Positions 45,051 to 57,929 of a stretch of 64,000 bases of DNA are shown piece by piece. Below the pieces are notes generated by a model that worked only from the letters and a program-made list of their open reading frames with translations, was not told the DNA's origin and searched no databases. Both the position numbers and the translations under genes were made by a program. The stretch's first letter is position 1, and the number at the start of each line of letters is the position of its first letter. The DNA comes from Macrostomum lignano (Eukaryota), in NCBI GenBank assembly GCA_002269645.1, contig NIVC01001190.1, positions 124,001-188,000 on the forward strand. Reading direction: 5' to 3'.

Positions 45051-46184
45051 TCCTCTAAAATATCTAAAATGCGTCATCAGGGGATTAGAGAAGAGGATTA
45101 AAGAAAATTTGTCGCATTTTCCTGATTTCAACCCGTCTCGTCTCTCTCTCTCATGTCTCCCGCTCATCACATTGTCGTTTTTGCAACACCCAAAAAAGCC
45201 CACTTCTCTTGTTTAGAAAAAGCACAATTTTTTTAACTCCCAAATTCACGCGTTAATCCATTTTTCCTGTACGGAGGAAGACCATTGTAAAATTACTGGG
45301 CCATCCAGCTGGGCGCACCCAGATAACATTTAAAGTTATAGTTATTTAATAATTGACTTTTTAACTTTTAATGTACGCAACAAAAGTACATGCTGAACTA
45401 TTTTGCGATTGTCGACATTTTCTCTACTATACTACTATTGGTATTTTCATATATTAACCTGCCGTTTGTGTTTACGCGATTTGGCATTTATAAAATTTGT
45501 GTGTTTATGCGTCAGTTTCTGTTGCTACCGAACCCATGTTTCATTTCTATCGGTCTTGTTCATCGTAAAAAAACTGATTAAGTCTCTCTGCTGCAGCTTG
45601 TCTTCTCCAATAATTGCGTCAAATCCCCAACTCTTATTAGCTATGCCGTCAACTGTCGCGAATTAACCTATTTTTTTATTTTCATTCGTTTTCGATTTTG
45701 TCTGTTTCTTTGTTTTTGTTGATTTGTTTGTTTGTTTACTTTTTGTTTGTCAAAACTGTCTCTGTTGCGCTGTTTGAATTTCATATGCAATTAGCTTAGG
45801 TTCGGCCTGTACTTTATAAACAGAAAAGTACAATTAGGTCTATGATCTTGATACTCATAAGCTATGTGAGTAGGGTGAGGCTGTGCGCTTCCCCATCAAT
45901 ACACGAGCGTAGTTTTGTCCATTCAGTTTTATAGTTAACTGCAGGTAAAGTAAAAAATTGCAAAGCAACAATAGTCTTAGCCATCATTTCCTGTCGCTCA
46001 TTTTTAAATGATAATATATATATATGCATTCAAAATACATTGTGCATGTTTATGCACAAATAAACTCGCATCGGCTCTGAACGGACGTTCGGCTTGTCGC
46101 TTTTTTTACTACAAACCTAACTGTGTTAGCGCCTTACTGGCTTTTCATTTACCAGCCTCCCAGTTTGCTGGGCCAGCCTCCCAG

Positions 46185-47390
46185 ATCCTTAGTTTCTGTG
46201 ACGGCCTCCCAGATCCTCAGTTGGTAGGGCAGTCAGCCTCCCAGATCCTCAGTTGGTAGGGCAGTCAGCCTCCCAGATCCTCAGTTGGTAGGGCAGTCAG
46301 CCTCCCAGATCCTCAGTTGGTAGGGCAGTCAGCCTCCCAGATCCTCAGTTGGTAGGGCAGTCAGCCTCCCAGATCCTCAGTTGGTAGGGCAGTCAGCCTC
46401 CCAGATCCTCAATTGGTAGGGCAGTCAGCCTCCCAGATCCTCACTTGGTAGGATAGTCAGCCTCCCAGATCCTTAGTTGGTAGGGCAGTCAGCCTCCCAG
46501 ATCCTCACTTGGTAGGATAGTCAGCCTCCCAGATCCTCAGTTGGTAGGGCAGTCAGCCTCCCAGATCCTTAGTTGGTAGGGCAGTCAGCCTCCCAGATCC
46601 TCACTTGGTAGGATAGTCAGCCTCCCAGATCCTCAGTTGGTAGGGCAGTCAGCCTCCCAGATCCTCACTTGGTAGGGCATTCAGCCTCCCAGATCCTCAC
46701 TTGGTAGGGACAGGGTAGTCAGCCTCCCAGATCCTCAGTTGGTAGGGCAGTCAGCCTCCCAGATCCTCACTTGGTAGGGCAGTCAGCCTCCCAGATCCTC
46801 ACTTGGTAGGGACAGGGTAGTCAGCCTCCCAGATCCTCAGTTGGTAGGGCAGTCAGCCTCCCAGATCCTCACTTGGTAGGGCAGTCAGCCTCCCAGATCC
46901 TCACTTGGTAGGGACAGGGCAGTCATCCTCACAGATCCTCAGTTGGTAGGGCAGTCAGCCTCCCAGATCCTCACTTGGTAGGATAGTCAGCCTCCCAGAT
47001 CCTCAGTTGGTAGGGCAGTCAGCCTCCCAGATCCTCACTTGGTAGGATAGTCAGCCTCCCAGATCCTCACTTGGTAGGGCAGTCAGCCTCCCAGATCCTC
47101 ACTTGGTAGGATAGTCAGCCTCCCAGATCCTCACTTGGTGGGGCAGTCAGCCTCCCAGATCCTTAGTTGGTAGGATAGTCAGCCTCCCAGATCCTCAGTT
47201 GGTAGGGCAGTCAGCCTCCCAGATCCTTAGTTGGTAGGGCAGTCAGCCTCCCAGATCCTCACTTGGTAGGATAGTCAGCCTCCCAGATCCTCAGTTGGTA
47301 GGATAGTCAGCCTCCCAGATCCTTAGTTGGTAGGGCAGTCAGCCTCCCAGATCCTCACTTGGTAGGATAGTCAGCCTCCCAGATCCTCAG
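46185..47390. repeat. 32-bp minisatellite (cagcctcccagatcctcagttggtagggcagt) x ~37
   Basis: Read directly from the sequence. Confidence 0.95.
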
Positions 47391-48290
47391 TTTAGTTGGA
47401 CTGCATTTCTTTTCATTTTGATTAAGCAGTTTAAGGCCAGACAATATTCCTTTTATTAATAAGCTCTCGTATTCATGTGTAACACTACATTACACGCAGC
47501 TCAGTGACGTCACGTACATGTACCCCAGCAAATTCGTGCGCTGTTTTATCTGCCACTGTATAAATACAGTCCATTTTGACTGTGTCGGTCCAGGCCAGGG
47601 GTTCCCACGTGCAGCCGGGGTGCCTCTTTGTGCATGTTGGGGGGGGGGGTTCGCTGCACTTCTTCCGTCGAGTTCTCGAGTCCCCGACACCTGTTTAGAT
47701 CCCATTTAGTTGGAGCCTGCCCACCGCGTGTGTCATTGCATTCGCTGCTGCAGGAACGGTTATATGCCTGCCATTCAGTAGTTTCAGCAAGCATATAATT
47801 CAATAAAATACTGCAATGACTGCTATTGCACATATATGCTAATATAAGAACAAAGCGATGAGACACACATGTATAACTCAGTTAACAGTGTAAGAAAATC
47901 CAACTGACTCATATCAAAACTGATTACTGCAGCAGCCGCCATAGTTTAGATCATTTCCACCAAATTAACTTCACGTGATTGAATTAACTTCACATGATCT
48001 TCTTCACAAGGGTCTTCTCGCACACACACGAAAACACACACGAAATAGGCCACCAAAGTGCCTCTTTTGTGCACCTCGCTCACCTTTTGTGCCTCTGCAG
48101 GTGCATAACTTTTCCAACGGGAAGGAGTAGGGTGGGTAGAGTAGAGAGCGGATTCTGAACGGGATAAGAGGAGGCGGTATAAAGGTCGTGTCAACATATT
48201 GTGCACCACGTGTCATTTTCTATTTTTGCTTTTGATATAAATAAATCTAGTGAAAATGCTCGTATTTACGCTCGCACGCTCGCAATGTTG

Positions 48291-49842
48291 TTTTATTGTG
48301 CACAAAACATGAAGCTTTGGTTTTTAATCATTTTTTACTTTAGGCTGGAGCGGAGATAAGCGGAGGTGGATCGTTGGTGGCTAGATGGGCAGTTGGGTGG
48401 CTAGGTGGGGAGTTGGGTGGCTAGGTGGGCAGTTGGGTGGCTAGGTGGGCAGTTGGGTGGCTAGGTGGGCAGTTGGGTGGCTAGGTGGGGAGTTGGGTGG
48501 CTAGGTGGGGAGTTGTGTGGCTAGGTGGGGAGTTGGGTGGCTAGGTGGGGAGTTGGGTGGCTAGGTGGGCAGCTGGGTGGCTAGGTGGGCAGTTGGGTGG
48601 CTAGGTGGGCAGTTGGGTGGCTAGGTGGGGAGTTGGGTGGCTAGGTGGGGAGTTGTGTGGCTAGGTGGGCAGTTGGGTGGCTAGGTGGGGAGTTGTGTGG
48701 CTAGGTGGGCAGTTGGGTGGCTAGGTGGGCAGTTGGGTGGCTAGGTGGGGAGTTGGGTGGCTAGGTGGGGAGTTGTGTGGCTAGGTGGGGAGTTGGGTGG
48801 CTAGGTGGGCAGTTGGGTGGCTAGGTGGGGAGTTGGGTGGCTAGGTGGGCAGTTGGGTGGCTAGGTGGGCAGTTGGGTGGCTAGGTGGGCAGTTGGGTGG
48901 CTAGGTGGGGAGTTGTGTGGCTAGGTGGGCAGTTGGGTGGCTAGGTGGGCAGTTGGGTGGCTAGGTGGGGAGTTGGGTGGCTAGGTGGGGAGTTGTGTGG
49001 CTAGGTGGGGAGTTGGGTGGCTAGGTGGGCAGTTGGGTGGCTAGGTGGGCAGTTGGGTGGCTAGGTGGGGAGTTGGGTGGCTAGGTGGGCAGTTGGGTGG
49101 CTAGGTGGGGAGTTGGGTGGCTAGGTGGGCAGTTGGGTGGCTAGGTGGGGAGTTGGGTGGCTAGGTGGGGAGTTGGGTGGCTAGGTGGGGAGTTGTGTGG
49201 CTAGGTGGGGAGTTGACTAGATGTTGGCTAGTTTTTTATTTTTTGTGGGATAATCATTTCTGTTCACAAAATGATTCCAGGGCTGTCTATTGTCGCGCCA
49301 GTCTGCTACTGAGCTGGCAGAAGTTGAGTGGTGCCCCTTGCACCATTTAAGCTGCTGCCAAAATTTGCTGGCCAATACGTGCCGTAGGAAACATTGTCCA
49401 AGAGACAATGATTTCTACGCAATCTGCAATAGGCCAGGCTGCTTTTGGGGCAAAATTCATGGTGCGAGGGGCCAGTTGTGCCAGCTCCAGCGCCAGCTCC
49501 CCGCTGTTCCGCTGGCAAGGTGCCGAGCCTTGCCACGCTGGCCAGTCTGGCAACACGCAGCAGCGGCCCGCCGCCACTGCACTTGTGCAGTTGTGGTTTG
49601 GGAAAGGTCTTGGTCACTGACCTGTAAAAACGTGATCCCTTCTGAACGTTAAAACGGCCCTTTTCAGGGCCACCAAATTCGCGATTCTTGCGTTTAGTGA
49701 ACTCTTTTAACTCCGCCATTGCCGGTCCCCAGCCCGGATGAAAAAGGAGGAGGGAAAGAAAATATACACATGCTCACGTTCGTGTCACTGTTTTTCTGTT
49801 TCCTGTTTTGATAAAACTGTCTTGCCATTTTCCACTTGAAAT
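48291..49842 (-). mobile_element. Repeat element; inverted copy at 63033-64000
   Basis: Both flanks of the 20-bp array match the reverse complement of 63033-63660 and 63900-64000 with few mismatches; carries the ORF/exon MAELKEFTKRKNREFGGPEKGRFNVQKGSRFY followed by ag|gtcagt. Confidence 0.85.
48376..49216. repeat. 20-bp G-rich minisatellite (ggtggctaggtggg(c/g)agttg) x ~42
   Basis: Exact 20-bp register; ~13 copies in the inverted paralog (63660-63915). Confidence 0.97.
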
Positions 49843-50644
49843 TTCCACAACTAATCAAAACTGTAGAAATTTCAGTTAAGTTGTGGTAGCTGTATATCTT
49901 AAAAAGAGTTACAAATATTTTGTCTCATATTATTCAAAATCTTTTTATTTGTTTCTAAATCAGTTTCCATGACAAAATTAAAGTAGCTCGTATTATAGTA
50001 GTTTAACAATTTATTTGCTTTGTTTCAGCCCATTATACCAAACCACTGTTTCAACTGGCCAACTTATTTAGCTCTATTTTATGATAACATGCATTCTGTA
50101 GTCCTTCAACATTATTTTGGTTCGAGTGCCGCCGCTCTAATCTTGAGGTGCCAATGTTTAGAGTTCATAGTCCCCAGTCAAATTGCGGCAGTCACTTGTC
50201 GAAGGCCCCAAGGACAAGACCCTAGGCCCCCTAATACCATGCAGGATGTTGGGGACTGAGAGTCCCCTTTCGCGACAGTAAATATTTAGTAAATGATCGG
50301 AGGCTGAGCTTTACGGGCATGAATTCAAGGTAGTAGAGCACCGGACGGGTCACATACACGTATAGCCCTAGCAACATTTAAACCGTCACCAATTCGCCAC
50401 TCAAATACATGTAGTATATACACTGTAATATATGAGCCGTACCTTTTTGTAATCCAGTTTGCCAAAACAATATATACGTACATGAAGAACCAACTTCGGA
50501 CACTTCAGGCACTGCGAGTTCAGTCAATTCAGCTGAAGGGTAGGCAGAGGCAGAGCCAGCTTTCTGCTTTAAACTGACTGACTGAATTCATTCTCATAGC
50601 ATCGCTCTATGCAAATAAGCCTGTCAGCCTCGTCAGCTGTTATC

Positions 50645-51685
50645 AAACCAACAGCTCCGCTGCATTCCGCCGCTCCCCCCCAACAGCTCCGCTGCATTCC
50701 GCCGCTCCCCCCCAACAGCTCCGCTGCATTCCGCCGCTCCCCCCAACAGCTCCGCTGCATTCCGCCGCTCCCCCCAACAGCTCCGCTGCATTCCGCCGCT
50801 CCCCCAACAGCTCCGCTGCTTTCCGCCGCTCCCCCCAACAGCTCCGCTGCTTTCCGCCGCTCCCCCAACAGCTCCGCTGCTTCCACCAACAGCTCCGCTG
50901 CTTTCCGCCGCTCCCCCAACAGCTCCGCTGCTTTCCGCCGCTCCCCCCAACAGCTCCGCTGCTTTCCGCCGCTCCCCCAACAGCTCCGCTGCTTCCACCA
51001 ACAGCTCCGCTGCTTTCCGCCGCTCCCCCAACAGCTCCGCTGCATTCCGCCGCTCCCCCCAACAGCTCCGCTGCATTCCGCCGCTCCCCCCAACAGCTCC
51101 GCTGCATTCCGCCGCTCCCCCCAACAGCTCCGCTGCTTTCCGCCGCTCCCCCCAACAGCTCCGCTGCTTCCACCAACAGCTCCGCTGCATTCCGCCGCTC
51201 CCCCAACAGCTCCGCTGCTTTCCGCCGCTCCCCCCAACAGCTCCGCTGCATTCCGCCGCTCCCCCCAACAGCTCCGCTGCTTTCCGCCGCTCCCCCAACA
51301 GCTCCGCTGCTTTCCGCCGCTCCCCCCAACAGCTCCGCTGCATTCCGCCGCTCCCCCCAACAGCTCCGCTGCTTTCCGCCGCTCCCCCCAACAGCTCCGC
51401 TGCTTTCCGCCGCTCCCCCAACAGCTCCGCTGCTTCCACCAACAGCTCCGCTGCTTTCCGCCGCTCCCCCAACAGCTCCGCTGCTTTCCGCCGCTCCCCC
51501 CAACAGCTCCGCTGCTTTCCGCCGCTCCCCCAACAGCTCCGCTGCTTTCCGCCGCTCCCCCAACAGCTCCGCTGCTTTCCGCCGCTCCCCCAACAGCTCC
51601 GCTGCTTTCCGCCGCTCCCCCCAACAGCTCCGCTGCTTTCCGCCGCTCCCCCAACAGCTCCGCTGCTTTCCGCCGCTCCCCCCTG
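50645..51685. repeat. 31-32-bp minisatellite (caacagctccgctgc(a/t)ttccgccgctccccc) with 19-bp short variants
   Basis: Read directly from the sequence. Confidence 0.95.
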
Positions 51686-52212
51686 CATGCCTCCATGCCT
51701 CCAGATCTAGATTCCTTGGTTCTATCCGTGATCCAAAGATCCAACTATACAAAATCTCTATCAATCAAACACTAAGTTTGCTGCTCAATCTGCTTTCCAT
51801 ATACCTTGCTTGAGGAGCATATGGATCAGTGAAGTCTAGCCAGTGTCGTTTAGATCGTCAAAAGCAATACAGCATGGCATTACAATGTATTTCAAGCGAT
51901 TCAAACGGCTATTACGCTAGTAGCATTCAACAAGATTGGTTTTGGCGCCACGCAATGTAAATTTTTTGGTACAATGTTACGTCGTAGTACGAAGTACTAT
52001 AATAATTGTAATGCAGAACAGCGGCAGTAGCTAAATAATGACACCCGAACTTGAATTTTGCGGTAATATTACACGCAATAAATAGCTTTGACATCGGAAG
52101 GCAATGTCAATGCCATGAGTAAAACAGTAATAAGTATAAGCTATTGAATCGCGAGTATGCAATATGCACCATCACAGTTCGCAGCTAGGCAAATTTTTTT
52201 GAAGAGAAAATA

Positions 52213-54808
52213 CCCAGTGAAAAAAATGATATGGATTCCATGTGGATTTTTCATATGAAATCCATATGTGCATTTGTCTCCGTCCATCCATGTGGAATCA
52301 AGATATGGATTCCACATGGAAGATCCACATGGAAGTAATTATGTATTTCACATAGAATCCACATTGTCATTGAGCAAGCAGCCATTATACTGGTTGCCAT
52401 AATAAATTGTTGCATCCTAAATCTCAAAATAATACCAGATCTCAAAATTTCATACGAACCCCAGATCTCAATACCATATAAAAGAAACTGAAACACAGAT
52501 AAAAACACTAGCTATAGCCAAAAATATTTCTGCACAAAAATATATTCAAAAAGGATGTCTCAATAAGTAAGGTGTATTTATGTACAGTAGTGAGTCACTG
52601 GCACACAAAGAATAAACACACTGATGTAGATATTGATATCTTGAGTTGCGCTATGCATATGATTTAATATATAATTTGAAATTGACATTGTCAATAGCAT
52701 TAATTAATTAACAATAATATAATGAACCAGAATTAGAACAGTCAGAAACATGCTGCTGCCAATTTCCAGAATGCTGCTTCTTCAGGTCAGGTGAGCAACC
52801 TTAGAAAAGAAAGGGGTTAAATTACAGAATTTTATAACAGATTGATGACAAATATTGTAATAGATTTTGATCTTATAACAGATTTTGATGACAGAAAAAA
52901 ATCAGTTTATAACTAAAACTTACCATTGCTTCACAAAAGGTAGCATTCTAGATATTAAATTCAAATTCCAAGTAGCTTTGCATGCTTCTTCAAAAGCAAG
53001 ACCAAGGTGACATCCAAGTTTGAGGATGGGCCATGTAATGTTAGGCATGCATGAAATAGAAAAATAATTGTTGCCAATTAAGATTGATAGATTATATTGA
53101 TATAATTCATACAACTAATTTAAGGATGAATACTTAATAAAGTTTATTTTAAAATTAACTAGGCCTAAGTCCTAGGTTTATTTTTTATGCGCAAAGTATG
53201 CATATGCACCCTAAATTTTAAAATCCCACCTTATAAATTGAAATTAAAAAGTGGATACAGTTTAGGTGCGATCTCATTACCTATTTTTTTGTTGAAGCCT
53301 TATTTGCACTGCCTTTATATAAGAAAAAAGAGAAACTGCATTCTAAGCCTTAAAATTATAAAACCCTGAAAGTAAGCATAAGGTATGATTTTGCACCTTG
53401 TCTCTAGCAAAAAAGAAAACTCTACCTAAGTCAATCAATAAAATTACCAAAAAATAATAAGTACAAAAAGAATTAATAAATGTTTCTATAAATTTAATTC
53501 TTTATTTTAAAATTGATTTTAGACTATAAAGTATTTAGGCAAAGCAATGCATGTTTTTTATATTTGCTGGCCTAGTATGATTAAACATTAGGCCTAAGCG
53601 GCCTAAGCCTAAATAGCTATGCCCTATGGCTATTAAATTCTGGTCTTGGCCTAAATCAGATCAAATTTACAATAACTTAATACTTATTTATAATAGCAAC
53701 CTTAGGGGTCTACTAGGCTAGCTATGCCAAAAGCAAGTTGCAAGTGTAATTGCAAAGAATTATTTATTATAATTAATAATATCCATATACTAAAAATGAA
53801 AATCTTGCTTGTTTGTATGCAATTGATTAGAGAAAAATTGTTTTTTAAAAATGCAACAAGTCCAAAAGATGCTAACAGGCTTTTTTGAAGAAAATCATAA
53901 ATTAATAGATTTTTAACAGACTAACTAGATTGACTAGTCACAATTCACAAAGTCAAGCTAGTCCTAACCTTAATTAAAATAGAAGGACCTAAATTTTAGG
54001 CTAAATTGATAGTTATAGGCCTAGCTTAAAATAGGCCTAATAAGCATACATATAAATAGATAGGTAGGACTAAGAGGAAATTATGAACTTCTAAAGGCCT
54101 ATTTAAGTTAAAAATGAGTAGCCAATCTATGGACATGGCCATGGGATTCCTAGAAATTGGATAGGCCTAAATAAATTTATCATGGTCATGGATTTTACCA
54201 AAAGTATTAGGCCTATCTATGATAAAATACTGATTTATCTAATTTCTAATCCCATGGAGGCCATGGCCTTATAAGTTATTGCCTATAGGCTAGGTCTACT
54301 AAAATTTTTAAGGTGCTTAAATAGCCATAAACAAGGCAATTTATGTTTCAAGGCCTTGAACCAAGACATTGACAAATATAAAATAAAATTAATTTCATTT
54401 TAAAAAGCACGAAACGTTTTTTATTGTTTACTTCTATTTTGTCTATTTTAACAAACAGTGTCTTATTGTCCGATTATAATTTAGCTTTCAGATATTAATT
54501 TTTACTTAAAAGCATATAAATATAATAATTTATTATAGTAATTTCATAAAAACGTCTGAATGTGGTGTATCACAGTTTTTTATCGAAGTGGATTCCATGT
54601 TGAATCAATATACGCTTATTTCTCTTGAATTCCTTGTAAAATCCACATCAACATTAGGACAGTAAAAATAAAAAAATAATGCATAAAAAATACTTTGCAT
54701 ACCATTATGTCATCTTTAAGTCATTAATTTGCAAAAATTAAAGAAACATTTAAATTCCACATGGCCACGTGGAACCCACGTGGAATCCATAAATCATTTT
54801 TCACTGGG
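52213..54808. mobile_element. Non-autonomous EnSpm/CACTA (CMC)-type DNA transposon, ~2.6 kb
   Basis: TIR cccagtgaaaaaa(a)tgat at both ends, TA on both flanks, subterminal tggattccatgtgga/tccacatgga repeats at both ends. Confidence 0.85.
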
Positions 54809-55014
54809 TAACAACAAGGCACACCCAGTATTGTTGAGTTAAAAGTAACAGTTCACAATGGGAGGCGGTGTCAGATCAGTTCTCTCAGTGCGAGCTCTCT
54901 TAAGGCGGCAACAGCGTGCGCCTGGCCAATCACCCCAGCGCCATCCAACAGGCAATCCGCGACGCGACTCGCCCGGCCGTAGCCCCGGCGCCAGGGGCCC
55001 TGCATCGTGAGCAG

Positions 55015-55198
55015 TGTAGTAACTGAGTTAGAGACCGTGTTTGCTGTGTAGCCAAACTCTTACAAATCTCCCGCACTGGGCACGCGTCTATAAATTATGG
55101 AGTTAGAATTGGGGTGGCGGCATCCACCCCACTCCGCAGCCAATCAGACTGCCCGGGCGTACCATACTGTGAGTACGCACACTACATCTCTCCCCTTT
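55015..55198 (-). mobile_element. 3' LTR (172 bp) and polypurine tract of a Gypsy element
   Basis: 55015-55186 is bounded by tgtagt...actaca; minus-strand PPT gaaaggggagaga immediately precedes it. Confidence 0.8.
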
Positions 55199-55412
55199 CG
55201 AATAGAGACTGAGAGAGAAGAAAATCGATTTAAACGTAACTCGAAAATACAAAGTTCGAAAGATTCACCGATGATGCGCATTGAAAATGGAGATTAAAAT
55301 ATTGAGGAAATAAAATATTTGAATTGAATGCAGCAAAAACGTAAAAAAAACTTCAGTCCGCATATTACGGAAAAGAAAGTCAGTTAATTTCAGTCATTGC
55401 AGGATTCCAAAT

Positions 55413-56360
55413 TCAGTCCTTGTAGATTTTCACGCCCGCCCGAGCAGCGCGGGGGTGCGGGCGCAGCGCCATGGGGGAGGCGGGTGGATCTCGGGCCGCC
55501 TCGCCCGAAGCTCTCGGTGCAGCGGTCTGCGTTTGGGCGCCGGCGTCGGCCAAGTCGGGGCTGACGACTTTGACCGCCGTGCAGTGCCGCCAGCAGGTCG
55601 TGCCGTCCCGGCGTAGCAGCAGCGAGTTGCCGGCCACCCGCTGGACTGTCCAGGCACCGCTCTCGAATGGCGTCTGCGTCTTGCTGGCACCGACCCGCCG
55701 TCGTAGCACCGAGTCGCCGACCTGGACGTCGTGCCGCCGTGGTCGCCTTTTTGCGTCCGCGTGCTGCTTCATCGCCGCCTTGGCGCCAGCGTCGGCTTCT
55801 CTCAGCCGCTGCTCGTTGATGCGGACTCGCTGGGACGGCCGGGCGGCGGGGATGATGTCGTTTGGCCGCCGGCCCATCAGCAGCTCGGCTGGTGCGCGCC
55901 CGGTGGCCGTGTGCGGCGTGTTTCTGTAGGCCAGCAGCCACTCGTCCAGAGCGGCCCTCCAGTCCCGCCGCTCCTCGATGGCTGCTCGCACGACTTTGTT
56001 GATGGAGCGGTTCAGTCGCTCTGTCATGCCGTTGGCCGCTGGGTAGTAGGGCGTGATGAGGCGGTGCTTGATCCCGTAGCTCGCCAGGAACCGGCCGAAC
56101 TCCTTGGACGAGAAAGGTGGTCCATTATCTGTCACGAGCTCCTGTGGCATCCCGAAGCGGGCGAACATCTCTCGCAGGCGGGGAATCAATGCCTCGGCCG
56201 TCGTCGTCTGCATGAGCTGCACCTCCGGAAACCTTGAGTAGCGGTCCACGCACACCAGCAGCATGTTGTTGTTGTTGGGTCCCACGAAATCGGCGCCGAT
56301 CGACAGCCAGGCGCCCGCGGGGATCGGCGTCGGCTGCAGAGGCGTGGCCCAACTGCACAA
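55413..56360 (-). pseudogene. Ty3/Gypsy (Mag-like) integrase core and C-terminus, 5'-truncated
   Basis: IGADFVGP, VDRYSRFPEV, ELVTDNGPPFSS, PYYPAANGMTERLN (D,D,E intact), YRNTPHTATG. Confidence 0.93.
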
Positions 56361-56462
56361 AATCTCTCCTTTTCCACCTCAGAAAGTGAAGATCAGTCCT
56401 GTTAAGGCTATCAAGCTCAAGCCCTCGGGAATAGATCTACTGCCGTCGAAGCCTTCGATCGC

Positions 56463-56810
56463 TACAGTCCGGTAGAGTTATTGGCGCCGGTCTCAGATTG
56501 GCGCCGGTCCCAGAGCGCCAGAAGGTCATCCGGTAGAGTTATTTGCACTTTTCCGGTGCCAAAACCGAAGCTCCAGTATTGGAGCTGATATGACTCCAGC
56601 ATTGGAGCATAAGGAAATTCTGCTCCAGCACCAGCTGCTCCAGCATTGGAGCCAGCACCGATGCTCCAATGCTAGAGTTTCCTTTATGCTCCAATGCTAG
56701 ATTTATATCAGCGATCCAGTACTCGCTCCAATGCTGGAGTTTCCTTTATATTCCACTACTGGAGTTATCCCAAATGCACTTCTTTCCTAGCCATACTGTA
56801 CTGTAGTCCA
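56463..56810. repeat. Dispersed element with repeated hairpin motif CTCCA(g/a)(t/c)(a/g)(t/c)TGGAG; related copy at 61795-62205
   Basis: Shared block ggcgccggtcccag.gcgccagaaggtc.tcc...gttatttgcacttt at 56503 and 62088; at least nine copies of the motif across both loci. Confidence 0.6.
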
Positions 56811-57200
56811 GCTGAAATCCACTCCACGGCTCAGCGTGCAGAATGCATTTTTAGTCAAGTTTTTGTGGATTTTTGTGTAAACGTAGCCACTAATGTAGTA
56901 AATAGAGGCTTTTTCCTCAGTAGAAATTCGAACATGTGATAAACTTACCTGTAGCTCTTCAAAACTGACATTCTCTTCAATTTGATGGGTTCGGCCTTTT
57001 TAAGCCTATAGCTTCGGGCCTCAGAATTCAGAAATGAATCACTTAGAACTCTGGCCTCTCACTCCTGTCAGATGGTCAGCCCCATGGTAGCAAGATTGTG
57101 GGCGAGCAGCAAGGTCCTATAGCTAGCTAGGAGAAGACAGCGAGAGACAAGCAGGGAGAATTTGAAAGGTAGAGATTAGCTAATCCGCAGATTAAAGTAA

Positions 57201-57520
57201 CCCGCTGCCACCATTCCGTGCGCCCCGGCTCACCAAACCGGAGCTATCGAAATCGGACTTCCGACTAGAGGGGCACTGCACTTACCTGCCATCTAGTGTC
57301 TTTTAGCTGTCTATCTCGAAGTCATAGCCGAATAGAAGGGACACTGCTGGGACTAGGATCGCATTGGCCATGCAGGGACAGAGAGGACTTTTGCAGGGGG
57401 TTCTTGCGCTGGCGAGCCTTCATCCTATATACTATAAAAATGAGTTGTCTGTATGTATCTAGCTATGTGATAGTACACTACTAAATGTACTATTTCATTA
57501 CCAAATTCCCAGAAGTACAC
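57201..57520 (-). mobile_element. Probable LTR-retrotransposon 5' remnant (LTR + tRNA-Leu PBS)
   Basis: Minus-strand TGGTGGCAGCGGG at 57213-57201 with a TATATA upstream; LTR ends not resolved. Confidence 0.35.
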
Positions 57521-57929
57521 GTATAAGTACACGTAACTACACGCTTTTGGCACTAAATGTGTTAAAACGTCGACAGATTATAGCGATGATGTAGATGTAT
57601 TGTTACTTTTGGAGACCTTCAGACTAGGCCCCTGAGCGCGATGAGCGACCATTGTACTCCGCCTAAACTATCATAGTACAAGCCAGTACAGGCACTGTGC
57701 GAGGCGCATACGCGGGTGCGAGTTCCGCAGTCTAGGGATCAAGTCAGCTGTACTTCATTAATGCACAGTTGCTCCAATGACCAAATCGCATGACCAAACT
57801 CACCGAATAGTTGCAATTGCAATTACTTCCCTTAAATTGCAACAATTTCAACTATCTACTAAACTAACTAATTTAAACTAACCCGCTATCGCTCACACAC
57901 GCTTCGCTTCGCTCATAGCTCTTGCTTCG

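Noticed and set aside
44385-49216. Regular arrays resembling CRISPR
   Set aside because: Units are directly adjacent with no unique spacers, there are no cas genes, and the context is eukaryotic.
50569-51775. Four 350-390-aa ORFs across the 31-bp array
   Set aside because: The repeat unit has no stop codons in these frames; no domain signal. The same applies to ORFs at 1355-3234, 39019-40393, 44403-45035 and 28053-28436.
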